Assembly (NCBI GenBank): GCA_000002435.2
Contig: CM018790.1
Source: Giardia intestinalis
Lineage: Eukaryota
DNA length: 64,000 nt
Reading direction: 5' to 3' (one strand)
Part shown: positions 1 to 9,910 of the stretch, one piece after another
Layout of the letters: every line of letters starts with the position of its first letter
How positions within the stretch are numbered: position 1 is the first letter of the stretch
The notes under the pieces: generated by a model
The model's input: only the letters and a program-made list of their open reading frames with translations
What the model was told of the DNA's origin: nothing
Database searches by the model: none
Made by a program: the position numbers and the translations under genes

Positions 1-43
1 AGAGGTCTGCCTCTTCACGAGTACACACAGCCCTGTCTGTCCT

Positions 44-313
44 ATGCGTCGCGTACATGTGCTCGTAAGCAGCCCAGCGCGGTGGAACGCAGAAGTCTTG
101 GTAACTCAGTCCAACTCCTCGGCAGACATATCCCTTCGGCACGGTTACATGACGCAATCCAACTTCAAACTTTATTCTGCGTGTAATGATAAATTGCGAC
201 GCAGGGTCGAGGCCATAGAACTGGATTTCTGCTGGAGCAAGATACCGGTAGTACTTTGGCATTTTAATTATTCAAAGCGTCTACTTTCTGCTGAGATCTA
301 CTGGCACTGTTGA
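44..313 (+). CDS. Possible 3' end of a gene that begins upstream of the window, product unknown
   Basis: The frame stays open from nucleotide 2 through the stop at 311-313. The ORF-track ATG is at 44. It overlaps the 3' end of the convergent kinase gene by ~50 nt. No recognisable motifs. Confidence 0.15.
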   Translation: MRRVHVLVSSPARWNAEVLVTQSNSSADISLRHGYMTQSNFKLYSACNDKLRRRVEAIELDFCWSKIPVVLWHFNYSKRLLSAEIYWHC

Positions 314-1163
314 CCAGTCGCTCAAGTGCTATCTTAATTTCACAGTTTGTAAGCAGATCCTTCGCAGATGGTCGTATGACAGGGTCAAAGATAAGGCATC
401 TATGAATGAAACGACTGAGCTGAAAAGAGAAATCCTTTATAAAGACCTGAGGTGTTCCCATAATTTCTCGGGGGTCAAATGGCGGAAGCTTCATAGTCGC
501 TACTTCCAGCAGTACACACCCGAGAGACCAGATGTCGATCTTCGTGGTGTATGTCGCCCCCTGTTCCCCTTGAGCCATTTCCGGAGCCATGTGGTATGAG
601 CTCCCGATAGCTAGAAAGCCACGAGTGAACGAAGGGCCTGTCTTCGCGTGCTCAAAGCCTCCGAGCTTTACATTACCTGACGAGTCAAAGTAAATGCAGC
701 TAGGATTAATGTTATGATGTACGATAGGAGAGTGCATAGACTCTGCTTCGGGAGCACTTTGGTCCGACGGCTCCGGATGGTGCAAGTACTCCAGAGCCTT
801 TAGCAGTTGAGCAGCGATCTCCCAGATGAGGTTTTCTGTGATGGGCATCTGTGCAAGACCGTTGCGCTGGTCGGCAAGAAGTTGCTCAAGGGTCCCGTTG
901 GCACAGTCCTCAGACTCTAAGATCACCGTCGATTTCTCTTCTAGTATTCGCGTGTACCTTCTGATGAAGGGACAGCTGAGTTGGGAGCAAAAGCGGTAGT
1001 CCCTGGAAACGTTCTCCAGAGCCTCGTCATCTATGGTTTCGAGGTCAATCCGGTACAGAATACATGGGCGTGCATTGCCTATGGAAACAGCCCTGTAGAC
1101 GTCCCCGCAGTAAAACTTGCGAAGGAAAACTGTATCGCTGTAGCCTTCAAAGGTGCAGATCAT
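264..1163 (-). CDS. NEK-like protein kinase, probably a catalytically inactive pseudokinase
   Basis: The kinase fold is recognisable (hinge ...VILESEDCANGTLEQLL, APE motif SYHMAPE, subdomain IX DIWSLGCVLLE). The catalytic loop reads HHNINPS in place of HRDLKPxN, and DFG is replaced by LGGFEHA. The ORF-track start at 1253 overlaps the upstream gene by ~85 nt. The in-frame ATG at 1161-1163 lies 4 nt past that gene's stop and is preceded by the A/T-rich leader taagtaaatatATG typical of Giardia. Confidence 0.6.
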   Translation of the reverse strand: MICTFEGYSDTVFLRKFYCGDVYRAVSIGNARPCILYRIDLETIDDEALENVSRDYRFCSQLSCPFIRRYTRILEEKSTVILESEDCANGTLEQLLADQRNGLAQMPITENLIWEIAAQLLKALEYLHHPEPSDQSAPEAESMHSPIVHHNINPSCIYFDSSGNVKLGGFEHAKTGPSFTRGFLAIGSSYHMAPEMAQGEQGATYTTKIDIWSLGCVLLEVATMKLPPFDPREIMGTPQVFIKDFSFQLSRFIHRCLIFDPVIRPSAKDLLTNCEIKIALERLVNSASRSQQKVDALNN

Positions 1164-1167
1164 ATAT

Positions 1168-1980
1168 TTACTTAAGATTGGAACTATAGGCTGCTGTAAG
1201 GGCAGGGTTAGCAAAGGAAAAAACAAAGCCCTGGAGTTCAAAGGTTGGTGCATCTTTCGGACTATCTGTTAAAAGAGGAAATGCCCGATGAATCTGTTCT
1301 AGTTTCGCTCGCTGGGCTATCTTATCTTCGACCTTACCACGCGTTGTATTCTTTTGCCACCCAGCTGCAAGCTTCTTTAGCGACTGGAGCGTCATGTCTC
1401 CACCCGGCGCCAACTCCACAACAGGGTTGGGGGCGCCGGGTCGTAACTCTGTTAAGGGTTCAACCTTTGGAATAGGTGAGTCGTCCTCCTCAGAACCAGA
1501 TTGCTCACTATTGTGAGAGGACGGTCTGCTGGATGATGTCTGAGAGTCAGCATCTTGAACGGGCCGTTCCTCGCCGCGTATCTGGGTGACCTCTTCAAGT
1601 TTGCTGCGTGCGTCAGCTAAAGCCTGCGCCTCATTACGAAGCAAGGGGATCACAAGCTCTAAGTAAAAGGAGCACTGTATCCTGAAGGAAACGTCGGGCC
1701 CCTTCCTGACAATCCGGGCCGTTCTTTCCTGTGCATTGTCCACGTCAAGGGGGAACCGGGGATGGTACAGAGCCATCCAGCTTCCCAACTTGATGTGCAC
1801 CGCATCCTTATCCACAGTAACATCAAGGCAGCGTGGATCTTCGTTGATCGGAATAGGTACCCGAAGCTTCACCCGAGAGTAGCCCCTGACAGACCCCATG
1901 TCAAGGCGTTCTCCCTCTATGTAGTCACCGTAATCTACTGTCTGTATGTAGCTGACCTTGACCTGCAGAATCTTGGCCAT
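1168..1980 (-). CDS. Hypothetical protein with an N-terminal beta-rich domain, a coiled-coil and an acidic Ser-rich tail
   Basis: ATG start at 1978-1980. 270 aa. Its stop (1168-1170) lies 4 nt upstream of the next gene's ATG. No confident family assignment; the N-terminus may be CS/HSP20-like. Confidence 0.45.
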   Translation of the reverse strand: MAKILQVKVSYIQTVDYGDYIEGERLDMGSVRGYSRVKLRVPIPINEDPRCLDVTVDKDAVHIKLGSWMALYHPRFPLDVDNAQERTARIVRKGPDVSFRIQCSFYLELVIPLLRNEAQALADARSKLEEVTQIRGEERPVQDADSQTSSSRPSSHNSEQSGSEEDDSPIPKVEPLTELRPGAPNPVVELAPGGDMTLQSLKKLAAGWQKNTTRGKVEDKIAQRAKLEQIHRAFPLLTDSPKDAPTFELQGFVFSFANPALTAAYSSNLK

Positions 1981-2140
1981 AGAGTCCTCAAATTTCCATC
2001 AAAAAAGGTGACTCGATAACCCAATGAGTAGCACTGAATGCGCATATCCCGGAACTAACTAGAAGATTACGTTGATGCAGGTGAGCTTAGTGTAATGTAT
2101 AACGCCTGTAAAGATTTATTTCTATCTTCCGGTAAAATTG

Positions 2141-3037
2141 ATGCGCAAGGCCAAAGGTTCAAATGTCAAGGGTTCGAAAACTGGTGCCGTCATGAACTTT
2201 GATGAGAGCATAGACCGGTTACCCACAGAGCAAGGATTTAGCTTATACTCAACTAAGGCTGAACAAAGCTATAGGGAGACCCCCCGCAGAGGTAGTTCTT
2301 CACTCGTGAAGGGCTCTCAGAGTGTCTTCTGTAGTAGTGTCTATAGTGTGGATGAACGACCCACTACAAGAGATAGACTATCCACAGATAGATTTAGGGC
2401 TGTGCACACTCAAAGAAACAGCACAGCAAGAGAGTCATGTTTCGACCCACTGCCGAGGGTAGAGTACGTTGATCTTAATGGCAAGCTTCTCGATCCTGAC
2501 AAACTGCGCAACTCAAACCTGTTGCCCGGGCAGAACAATACAAGAGCTGTTTCCCAGCGTGTCTTCTCGGACTCAGCTCCATACCAGTCTCCTTCTCTAT
2601 ATGCGTCTCCGCTTTTGGAATCAAAGCAAACTTCTGAGCGCGAGCGGAGCCCGCGACCCTCACTGCCCGTATACGCCTTAGAAGAGCCTTATTCTCAAAG
2701 GACCTATAGAGAGGAGCTAGCATATGCAGGAAACATAAGCCATGACATTCAGGAAAAGTATGCTGTTCTGCCTTCAGAATTTACGCAAGTGAAGACACTT
2801 TTCATCCCAGTCTCTTCATCTCGGCAACAATCTTCATATGACCAGCAACAATGTCATCGGACAAGTCCTGCGTCTCCCATTAGATCTCCTATGCACGACA
2901 CTTACGAAGACTCTGCAGACTTGCCTACGAGTTACAGGATCGTTGAGCGACGCGGACGCACGCTGATTAACGACTTGCTGCTGGATCCTGTAACGGGTAT
3001 GCCTGCGCCCGTTCGGATGGCCAACCAAAACCTCTAG
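2141..3037 (+). CDS. Hypothetical Ser/Arg/Pro-rich low-complexity protein
   Basis: The ORF-track start at 2138 is TTG. The first ATG is 2141 (ttgATGcgc), preceded by the A/T-rich aaaattg. 298 aa, no conserved domain recognised. Confidence 0.45.
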   Translation: MRKAKGSNVKGSKTGAVMNFDESIDRLPTEQGFSLYSTKAEQSYRETPRRGSSSLVKGSQSVFCSSVYSVDERPTTRDRLSTDRFRAVHTQRNSTARESCFDPLPRVEYVDLNGKLLDPDKLRNSNLLPGQNNTRAVSQRVFSDSAPYQSPSLYASPLLESKQTSERERSPRPSLPVYALEEPYSQRTYREELAYAGNISHDIQEKYAVLPSEFTQVKTLFIPVSSSRQQSSYDQQQCHRTSPASPIRSPMHDTYEDSADLPTSYRIVERRGRTLINDLLLDPVTGMPAPVRMANQNL

Positions 3038-3090
3038 CCTACCAATCTGTCTGTGAGGTGATGTGCTTTAGCGAGTGTTTTCTATAGTAA

Positions 3091-3738
3091 ATGAATCCAA
3101 GCATCATTGTCCCCGAGTCTGATATAGATTGTATGCTGCTTGTAGCGGACAACTTAGTCAAGCTATCTTCCCATGTTTACAACACTCTAATACGTCGGGT
3201 TAGTATTCTATATCCCACTCCCATAGGAATCCTTCACATCTGGCCCAGGCCTGTACACAAGCGCATCTCTGCACTACTCTATAGAGCACTGAGGGTGTCA
3301 CACGCGCTAACATTTAAGATCCAGCTGGTCACCACTGACGCTCTACTGGAGTCTCTTTTCGACTTGTCGATTGGAGTCACTAGAGCCCCAAGACGCCCAC
3401 CTGATCCCGGCAGAAAGATAGAGACAGTCTTGCAAAATACCATAATGTGCGGGATTTACCAGTTCTTCGCTCTTTGTGTGAAGAGGCTTTCGCATCAAGT
3501 TGAACGATGCCTCCGAGAGGGAATTACCTTTACAAACTTCACAGTCATGGCCACTGCAGGAGGAAAGTGCGTCTTTCCAGTGCAAACGACCATGCTGACA
3601 TCAGGAAGGCGAGAGCCCGTGGCTGCAACCGGTCATCCCGTGGTGTCCAAACGGTCCTCGGGAGAAGTTCTCTTCGTCAAGAGCCTCGTATTCTATGACC
3701 CTCGGTTCTCGGTCTCATTCTTACTTCGATGGCGTTAG
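3091..3738 (+). CDS. Hypothetical protein
   Basis: ATG at 3091 preceded by tctatagtaa. 215-aa ORF with plausible coding codon usage and no recognisable motif. Confidence 0.35.
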   Translation: MNPSIIVPESDIDCMLLVADNLVKLSSHVYNTLIRRVSILYPTPIGILHIWPRPVHKRISALLYRALRVSHALTFKIQLVTTDALLESLFDLSIGVTRAPRRPPDPGRKIETVLQNTIMCGIYQFFALCVKRLSHQVERCLREGITFTNFTVMATAGGKCVFPVQTTMLTSGRREPVAATGHPVVSKRSSGEVLFVKSLVFYDPRFSVSFLLRWR

Positions 3739-3792
3739 GTGGGCACCGTTCAATCACCATTTACACTGGCAGTACACTGGCAAAGCTCCAAA

Positions 3793-4200
3793 CTAGTCTG
3801 CATCGGTGGTCGCGGCAAGAACCGCGTTACCGACGTCTCCTGTTTCACGGAGCAGACGGATTGCCTCGTCCTTTGAGACGTTCCCCTGTTCCATGACCGC
3901 CATGACATCCTCTTCAGAGAAGCCCTCCGGCTCTGGGTTAGTCTCTGCCTCGCCAGGGGCGTTTCCGGACTGTGCCATCTGCGAGTACATCATCTGCATG
4001 TATTGCTTCAGGCTGCTGGCCATTTCGTTACTGCGGGGCTCCCCTCCGACAACATATGTCTTCGTTTTAGGATTGTAGTAAATCTGAAGCCCCTCGTTGA
4101 TGGTGAATTCATGCTTCCCGCGGATAAACACAACCTTGTCGACGCCCTCCACCTTGACGAGCTTGAGCTTTTCCACCAGTGAATCCATAGATCCCGTCAT
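3793..4200 (-). CDS. NACA: Nascent polypeptide-associated complex alpha subunit (alpha-NAC)
   Basis: NAC domain (LVKVEGVDKVVFIRGKHEFTINEGLQIYYNPKTKTYVVGGEPR) followed by a C-terminal UBA-like helix bundle (EEDVMAVMEQGNVSKDEAIRLLRETGDVGNAVLA). ATG at 4198-4200. Confidence 0.85.
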   Translation of the reverse strand: MTGSMDSLVEKLKLVKVEGVDKVVFIRGKHEFTINEGLQIYYNPKTKTYVVGGEPRSNEMASSLKQYMQMMYSQMAQSGNAPGEAETNPEPEGFSEEDVMAVMEQGNVSKDEAIRLLRETGDVGNAVLAATTDAD

Positions 4201-4280
4201 TCAAAAAACTCGGAATTAATGAATGACAAATTAATTTTACTTTTTGTTATTTTTCGTGAAATGTCTCACTGTTGCAGCAT

Positions 4281-7163
4281 TTACTGCATCAGGTTCATTA
4301 TGCTCTCCTTCGAAGGCCCCACAAGATCCATACGGAGACAAACCTTTTTGTCTACAAGGTAGATCTTACATCTAACAAGGGCAACAGACCGCAGAAACAC
4401 TTGGCCTCCGAGGAACAGAGTGATTTCTTCGCTAGTCTCATTAACCTCCAGCAGAGAAAGCCCCAGGAAACTTGGGATTCTATCTGCGGCGTCCTCCTTT
4501 GTTGACAGGTCTGGAAGCTGAAACGTACCAGAAAGCACGTCCTTTGAGTCGGCAAACGAGTCACGAAGTGGTGCGAGCGCTTCAGAAGTGGCATTGCTTA
4601 CTAAATCAAAGCTCGAAGGGCCAAATGACCTCAATCGTACAACATCCGACATCCCATTGATTTCGTAGGTGAGAGTACCCCCGAATATTTCGTAGCAGTC
4701 TGTCTTACTAAGAAGTTCATCGAAACTTTTATACGGTAGCTGTTCGAACGAGAGCCAGAGGTATTTCTTGACTGGACTGGTACTTGACACATCCTCTGCA
4801 AATAAAGACTCAGCTGGACAGGAGAGCTCTGCCTCGTTCATGGTTAGGTGCAGCCGCATCACATCTGCTTTTAAGTCTTTATCCGAGGTCCCCATGGAGA
4901 ACAGTATTAAGACACCCTTGTGCAGAGCAGCATTAACGAAGATATAAGAGGCATCGCACCGTACGTCATAGCTACTGGTGACTATCGGGTGCCATATCCC
5001 GTTAGTAAACAGATAATTTGATAAGGCTCTGGTACCCTTGATGTCTGCCAGGTCGTTCTCTATGGCCTTTATTTCACTATCGTCTAGAATGGCAGACTCA
5101 CATATATGCGTAAAGCAATCTTCAAGAAGCTTATGAACACTAAGTGGAGCAGGCTCTTTAAACTTGGTTGGCTGGACATACTTCTGTGCTGCCAATGACA
5201 CAGTGCGCAAGGATTGTGACTTGGAGCACTCAAGCATCGTGTCTGGTCTGATGGTGGGCTGTGATGACGTCAGCTCTATAGAACTGAGATTTCCTTTGAG
5301 GATCTCCTCTTCTGCGGCAAGGATGCTATTCACGTCCAGGTACATAATGAAGTTACCCGCAGACCTGCTATCCTGTGCATTCTTCTGCTGCTGCAGATGG
5401 CTCATGATATAGTCCTTGACATACTCGTCACTTGCAGCAGTAATGTCTGCCAAGATGTAAAGAACACGTGTACATTCCTGTTGTATGGTGTCTGGACACC
5501 CAGAGTTGACGCTCAAAGAGTAAAGGGCATCTATGACAGCGAGGCGGGTGGATGATGGCTCTAGCCTTGCGCGGTTCCAGAGGAGGCAGACAATGGGAAG
5601 CAGCGCCTTTTCTGCAGCGTCATCAAGGGACAGGGCTGATTGATCTTCAGAGGTGTTGCGGCCTATGTCAGAGGACTCTGAAAAGCTTCCTCTATACATG
5701 TAGTTGGTAACGTCCAGTCTAGAAATCAAGTCACAGATCTTCTTTGTTATGAAGGAGTTAGGTGAGTCCTCGAGTAGCTCCAGTATGACGCGGAGAGACC
5801 GAACAGAGAGTTCAATGGCGCGATCGTTTGACTTGCTTAAAGGTTTTTCTGAAAAATCTATGAGGAGCCCAAATGTTTGAGTTCGTAGAGACGAATCACG
5901 AAGCTCTAAGAACTGTGCAAGAATGGGCAGGGAGGCAGTCACGTCGTGGGGAGAGACCTTGGCATACTCCTTTAGGGTTGAGAGGAAGCCAGACCTCAAA
6001 TTGTTGTTGACATTTGGTAACAGGGAGATTACTGTATTGAGTAGCTTTCCAATGGATGGTTCTGAGCCGCTACTTTCCTTGAATGCTGTATATGCCTGAG
6101 CAAAGGGTGTCCCTGCTATCCAGCAATGCAACTCTATCAAGACTTGCCCAGCAAGAACGGCAACAGCATGCGATGCAAACCCAGCTGCAGCCTCTATAGC
6201 TCCAAGTAACGTAAAGGTGCTAGTATCTGAGCTAGCTGTCTCTAGAGTAAAGCTTTCAAAATATCCACTTTGACTACAAGATCGCAGCAGTGAGTGTGCC
6301 AGATTAAGCCCAACAGTCCGGCTGACAGATCCAACGGCACTGGAGAGGTAGTGTGCAACGCCTAAAATGATGGCCTTCAACTTACGCGAATAGACTGCAT
6401 AAGGAAGAAGGAGGACCGCCTTCAGAGCCTCCAACGGACACATCTGATCGATGAATGAGGTGGAGGCTCCAGAATGACCATCGTACTTCTTCATGGGGGC
6501 AACCTGCTTGGGAAAGTGTTCCATAAGAATCTTCAGCTTCCGCTGATCATCAATCTCCTTGCTGTCTACCAGTCTGCGAATAAGAACCAGCTGCGCATAA
6601 GGGTTTGTTACTTGGCTAAGCTTGTCGACTTTTACATAGCTCGCCAGAAAAGCACCTGCAGGCCCCTTAACAGTCGTGCAGTTAGGAGCAGCCTGATCAG
6701 CTATTGAGACCCCAATCACCGATGCGGCATACCCTGCGGCGGAAACCAGGGTCGGGTCACGGGAATCACTGGCGGCTATGCGGGCCATTTTGGTAGCCTC
6801 TGTTACATTGGCGTCAACTGAGACCTCAGAGAGAAGACGGAGACACAGGGGCTGCAGTGGCTTGGCCTGATCATAAAGCTTGCAAAGAGAGTTGACAATA
6901 AATAACGCAGAGTCCAAGCGGGGAAGAATCGCATGTACGCAGCGCATGGAGAGGATTTGTACTGTCATGGTCGACACAGTGAGGACCTTCGTCAACGATA
7001 TAAACAGGTTCTTGAGATCTGCATCAGACATCACTTTTGTACCCTCTGTGTTAAAGATCCACAGTAAAGCAACGAGAATATCGCATCTGGCCTCTTCTGA
7101 CGTAGAGTGCTCAGCCAGAAAGCGACATTGTTGCAGAGTCTGCCCCTTATCGAAGACAGCCAT
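4281..7163 (-). CDS. HEAT/adaptin-like coat protein, probably coatomer gamma subunit
   Basis: 960 aa. The N-terminus MAVFDKGQ...CDILVALLWIF...TEATKMARIAASDSRDPTL parallels gamma-COP (MLKKFDKK...CAHILTKILYLI...TEATEAFFAMTKLFQSNDPTL). Long helical-repeat body and a C-terminal appendage-like region. ATG at 7161-7163. Confidence 0.5.
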   Translation of the reverse strand: MAVFDKGQTLQQCRFLAEHSTSEEARCDILVALLWIFNTEGTKVMSDADLKNLFISLTKVLTVSTMTVQILSMRCVHAILPRLDSALFIVNSLCKLYDQAKPLQPLCLRLLSEVSVDANVTEATKMARIAASDSRDPTLVSAAGYAASVIGVSIADQAAPNCTTVKGPAGAFLASYVKVDKLSQVTNPYAQLVLIRRLVDSKEIDDQRKLKILMEHFPKQVAPMKKYDGHSGASTSFIDQMCPLEALKAVLLLPYAVYSRKLKAIILGVAHYLSSAVGSVSRTVGLNLAHSLLRSCSQSGYFESFTLETASSDTSTFTLLGAIEAAAGFASHAVAVLAGQVLIELHCWIAGTPFAQAYTAFKESSGSEPSIGKLLNTVISLLPNVNNNLRSGFLSTLKEYAKVSPHDVTASLPILAQFLELRDSSLRTQTFGLLIDFSEKPLSKSNDRAIELSVRSLRVILELLEDSPNSFITKKICDLISRLDVTNYMYRGSFSESSDIGRNTSEDQSALSLDDAAEKALLPIVCLLWNRARLEPSSTRLAVIDALYSLSVNSGCPDTIQQECTRVLYILADITAASDEYVKDYIMSHLQQQKNAQDSRSAGNFIMYLDVNSILAAEEEILKGNLSSIELTSSQPTIRPDTMLECSKSQSLRTVSLAAQKYVQPTKFKEPAPLSVHKLLEDCFTHICESAILDDSEIKAIENDLADIKGTRALSNYLFTNGIWHPIVTSSYDVRCDASYIFVNAALHKGVLILFSMGTSDKDLKADVMRLHLTMNEAELSCPAESLFAEDVSSTSPVKKYLWLSFEQLPYKSFDELLSKTDCYEIFGGTLTYEINGMSDVVRLRSFGPSSFDLVSNATSEALAPLRDSFADSKDVLSGTFQLPDLSTKEDAADRIPSFLGLSLLEVNETSEEITLFLGGQVFLRSVALVRCKIYLVDKKVCLRMDLVGPSKESIMNLMQ

Positions 7164-7589
7164 TCCAAAGGCCTGTAAGTTTTTATTTCATAGTATCAGC
7201 CAGCCAACACGAAGACTACCGGAAGCTCTCCTATGAAACTGCAGAAAGGCGTTTCCTTCACGGGCAATATCTGTCATTATGGCATCGAGTCCTTACCTTA
7301 GTGTGCACGTACTACCATGTGTCTATGAAAGCTCACTAGCAGATTTATTGAAGCATGTTGCAGACCATCAACACGCGTATGTTTCTACTCCCATTTGTAA
7401 TACCACAGGCTCTTCGACTGACGCTACTGGCAGAGAGCATAGTATATGTTGGTAGTTCTTCGTCACTCTTCAAGAGTAACTTAAAGACCCTTTGCTGGGT
7501 AACATTTGCCATTCAACTGTTCAGCCTGAGATCCATTGCAGCTAGTATGCACGGCACGTTCGCCAGACGAGGGCAGAAATATAAAGATA

Positions 7590-9410
7590 ATGCCCCTCAT
7601 ATCATTCTCTGCTGCGCAGGCCATCGTAGCTCAGCTTCTTTCTTCTACTACTGAACCTATGTCTCCAGCTGATCCAGAGACGATTGTTACGTCGCTAGTG
7701 GGGATCTTTGTTGTAGAAAACTACTTTGGCTATCTGCCATCTCCTCGAGATTATAGCGGCCTAGAAGACGATACCCCCTTCGTACACTCTAAGCACCTCC
7801 TTGACCATGCCAAAAAGAGTCTGGTGGAGCTTCCGACCAATCGCGTTGAGCACTGGCAAGGAATAATTGCAGTTTTAGAGTCTGTTTGCCAGCCATATAG
7901 CGTACTACGAAACACTTTCCACAGGTATTTCGGGGCTGTCCACCAGGCGCTGCTACTGATTCAAGATATAGACATGCCCTTGTTGGCTCTAAAGGATGGA
8001 CCAGAAGAAGAGTTGTATAAAGACTATCTGCGTGCTCTCCACACAATTCAGGAGTATCCCCTTTCGTCACAGCTTAATCTTGATAGGCTTACAACACAGC
8101 TTAAATGCCTCCTTGAAAAGGTGCGCCGCGCAGAAGCCGCAGAAGACACCACTCTCTCAGCCAGTCTCCTCGCGTGCTTAGTGGACCTTCTTATTGTCTC
8201 ACACACAATCGAAGACGCAGATTGTGCAGAAAACAATCATAAGGCACTAGTAGCTATCGAAACACACCTGGTAGCACTGTTTCCAGGGGACGATCTGGAG
8301 CGGGCCATCCAATTTGTCTTCTCCACACACCTATTGGGATTTCCCTACTTCATGCTACGCTTTTGCAAACTTCAGCTGTATTTATTCGCATCAGACTACG
8401 CCTCGATTTATCGTGAGCTCTCGCTGATCGGGTGTCATTCCAATGCTCTTGAGTTCTTAATATTAGCTAACCAGGTGGAGATGGCCAAGAGCCTACTACT
8501 CATACGCCTGTCAACGACATTGCAAACACAATATAGTACTACTGAAGGTCTTTTCACAGATTTTCCTGACGCTATACTTAAGAAAAGTGCATACCCTTTG
8601 ATAATGTCCACCTCAGTAAGAGAACCCTTTCTTCATTACCTCCTTCTCCTGGGGGAATTGGCAGATAATCGCCTTGTTATGCGCTTTGTCCTATCTAAAA
8701 CAACTAAGCATAAGTTCAGAGCTGCGTCTGATCTGGGTCTTTGGTACTTAAACAGGTATCAAGAAGCGCACGAAATAAAAGCACTGCATATCTCCTTAAG
8801 GTACTACTTGAAGGCTCTTCGTCAGAATACAACAAACATAGCAGTGAAGGACAGGTGTGGAACGCTCTATCTTTTGTTAGCTCGAAGAACATACAGTGAG
8901 AATAGACGGAATAGATGTTTGGAGAAGGCGTATGAGCTGTGCAAGAGCCTTTGTGAGTCAACTTCGGAGCAGTACAAGTTCTATCACACACTCGGTCTCA
9001 TTACTCTGGAGCAGGGGCACGTTTCCGAGGCGCTTTGTCACTTATATAGCGCTTGCCGTGCGGCCATAAGCTGTGATCAGGTTGATAAGACACCGTTCCT
9101 AACTTATCTCTCAGCAATCAACCGCTTGCCGGGACTCCATTGTCAGAGATTTAATATTGAAGAGCTTTCGCTTGTCATTCAGTTTCTTTGGACGTTTCAA
9201 GAGCGCCAGTCTACGTCTGTGGACGTTCGAAGTTTGATCATCGTCGGAGCGCTGGTCCTTCGGGCTATACGCTTGTTTCCAAGGATAAAGCAATCCATGG
9301 CCTTTGTTGCCTCGTTTTGCCGTTGGGAAGAAATATCCCAGACAACAAAGAACTTGATCCTCCAGTTGCATGTTACTGCTATCAAAAAGGAGCTCGATCT
9401 TATCAGCTAG
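7590..9410 (+). CDS. Hypothetical helical (TPR-like) protein
   Basis: The ORF-track start at 7536 is TTG. The first in-frame ATG is 7590 (ataaagataATGccc). About 606 aa, no confident family. Confidence 0.45.
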   Translation: MPLISFSAAQAIVAQLLSSTTEPMSPADPETIVTSLVGIFVVENYFGYLPSPRDYSGLEDDTPFVHSKHLLDHAKKSLVELPTNRVEHWQGIIAVLESVCQPYSVLRNTFHRYFGAVHQALLLIQDIDMPLLALKDGPEEELYKDYLRALHTIQEYPLSSQLNLDRLTTQLKCLLEKVRRAEAAEDTTLSASLLACLVDLLIVSHTIEDADCAENNHKALVAIETHLVALFPGDDLERAIQFVFSTHLLGFPYFMLRFCKLQLYLFASDYASIYRELSLIGCHSNALEFLILANQVEMAKSLLLIRLSTTLQTQYSTTEGLFTDFPDAILKKSAYPLIMSTSVREPFLHYLLLLGELADNRLVMRFVLSKTTKHKFRAASDLGLWYLNRYQEAHEIKALHISLRYYLKALRQNTTNIAVKDRCGTLYLLLARRTYSENRRNRCLEKAYELCKSLCESTSEQYKFYHTLGLITLEQGHVSEALCHLYSACRAAISCDQVDKTPFLTYLSAINRLPGLHCQRFNIEELSLVIQFLWTFQERQSTSVDVRSLIIVGALVLRAIRLFPRIKQSMAFVASFCRWEEISQTTKNLILQLHVTAIKKELDLIS

Positions 9411-9850
9411 TTGCTCCCAATGATTGTACGAGGATTTACAATTTTCAATCTTGACTAGTTCAACCACATTAAAATAAAATCTTGCAATAAGGGAGTCTCA
9501 CAGCTCATAGACTGCTATGGCCAGCCAGAAGATATATGGTAAAATAAGGAATTGTCTTTCTAACATCCCTTAATCCCTGTTTGTGCAAAGTATATTCCAT
9601 CGGGTTGCTGAGAACTAGGGGAACAGTTTTCGGCAATAAACGCTCTACTATGCTGCTTGGGTACACCTGACTTTCAGATAGTCACAGGAATGCTTTGAGG
9701 GCCCTGCACAACTTTTCCTCAAGAGGTAAGCCAAAACATCAGTATTTGGGATGCTTTTCAATCCTTCCAGCTAAACTGCTTGGCATTCTTGTGCTCATGA
9801 GTAGTTTGACAGCCTGATCTAGAAAAACCAGACCCTTTGAGGACGAGAAT

Positions 9851-9910
9851 AAAATGCAATAATAATCTATTTTAAATTGACTTTACATTTCACTTTTAAA
9901 AGGTCCCCGA
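9851..9910 (+). promoter_or_regulatory. A/T-rich core promoter and initiator region of the EF-1alpha gene
   Basis: aataaaatgcaataataatctattttaaattgactttacatttcacttttaaaaggtccccgaATG. Giardia promoters are short A/T-rich stretches immediately 5' of the ATG. This one sits at a sharp AT-to-GC composition boundary. Confidence 0.4.

Noticed and set aside
1168-1253. Possibility that 1168-1980 and 264-1253 are one frameshifted gene (N-terminal domain plus kinase)
   Set aside because: The kinase domain is complete within the downstream ORF. An in-frame ATG with a perfect Giardia initiator context lies 4 nt after the upstream stop, so two tandem genes explain the data without invoking a frameshift. 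A fusion cannot be fully excluded without orthologues.
2155-2185. tRNA-like T-loop string gggttcgaaaactgg
   Set aside because: It lies inside a coding ORF, has no matching acceptor/anticodon stem arrangement, and deviates from the GGTTCGAATCC consensus. Judged coincidental.
7536-7589. ORF-track N-terminal extensions starting at TTG/GTG (also 2138, 30933, 50955, 62668)
   Set aside because: Direct inspection shows these 'M' residues are TTG or GTG codons. Eukaryotic Giardia initiates at ATG, so the starts were moved to the first ATG with an A/T-rich leader.
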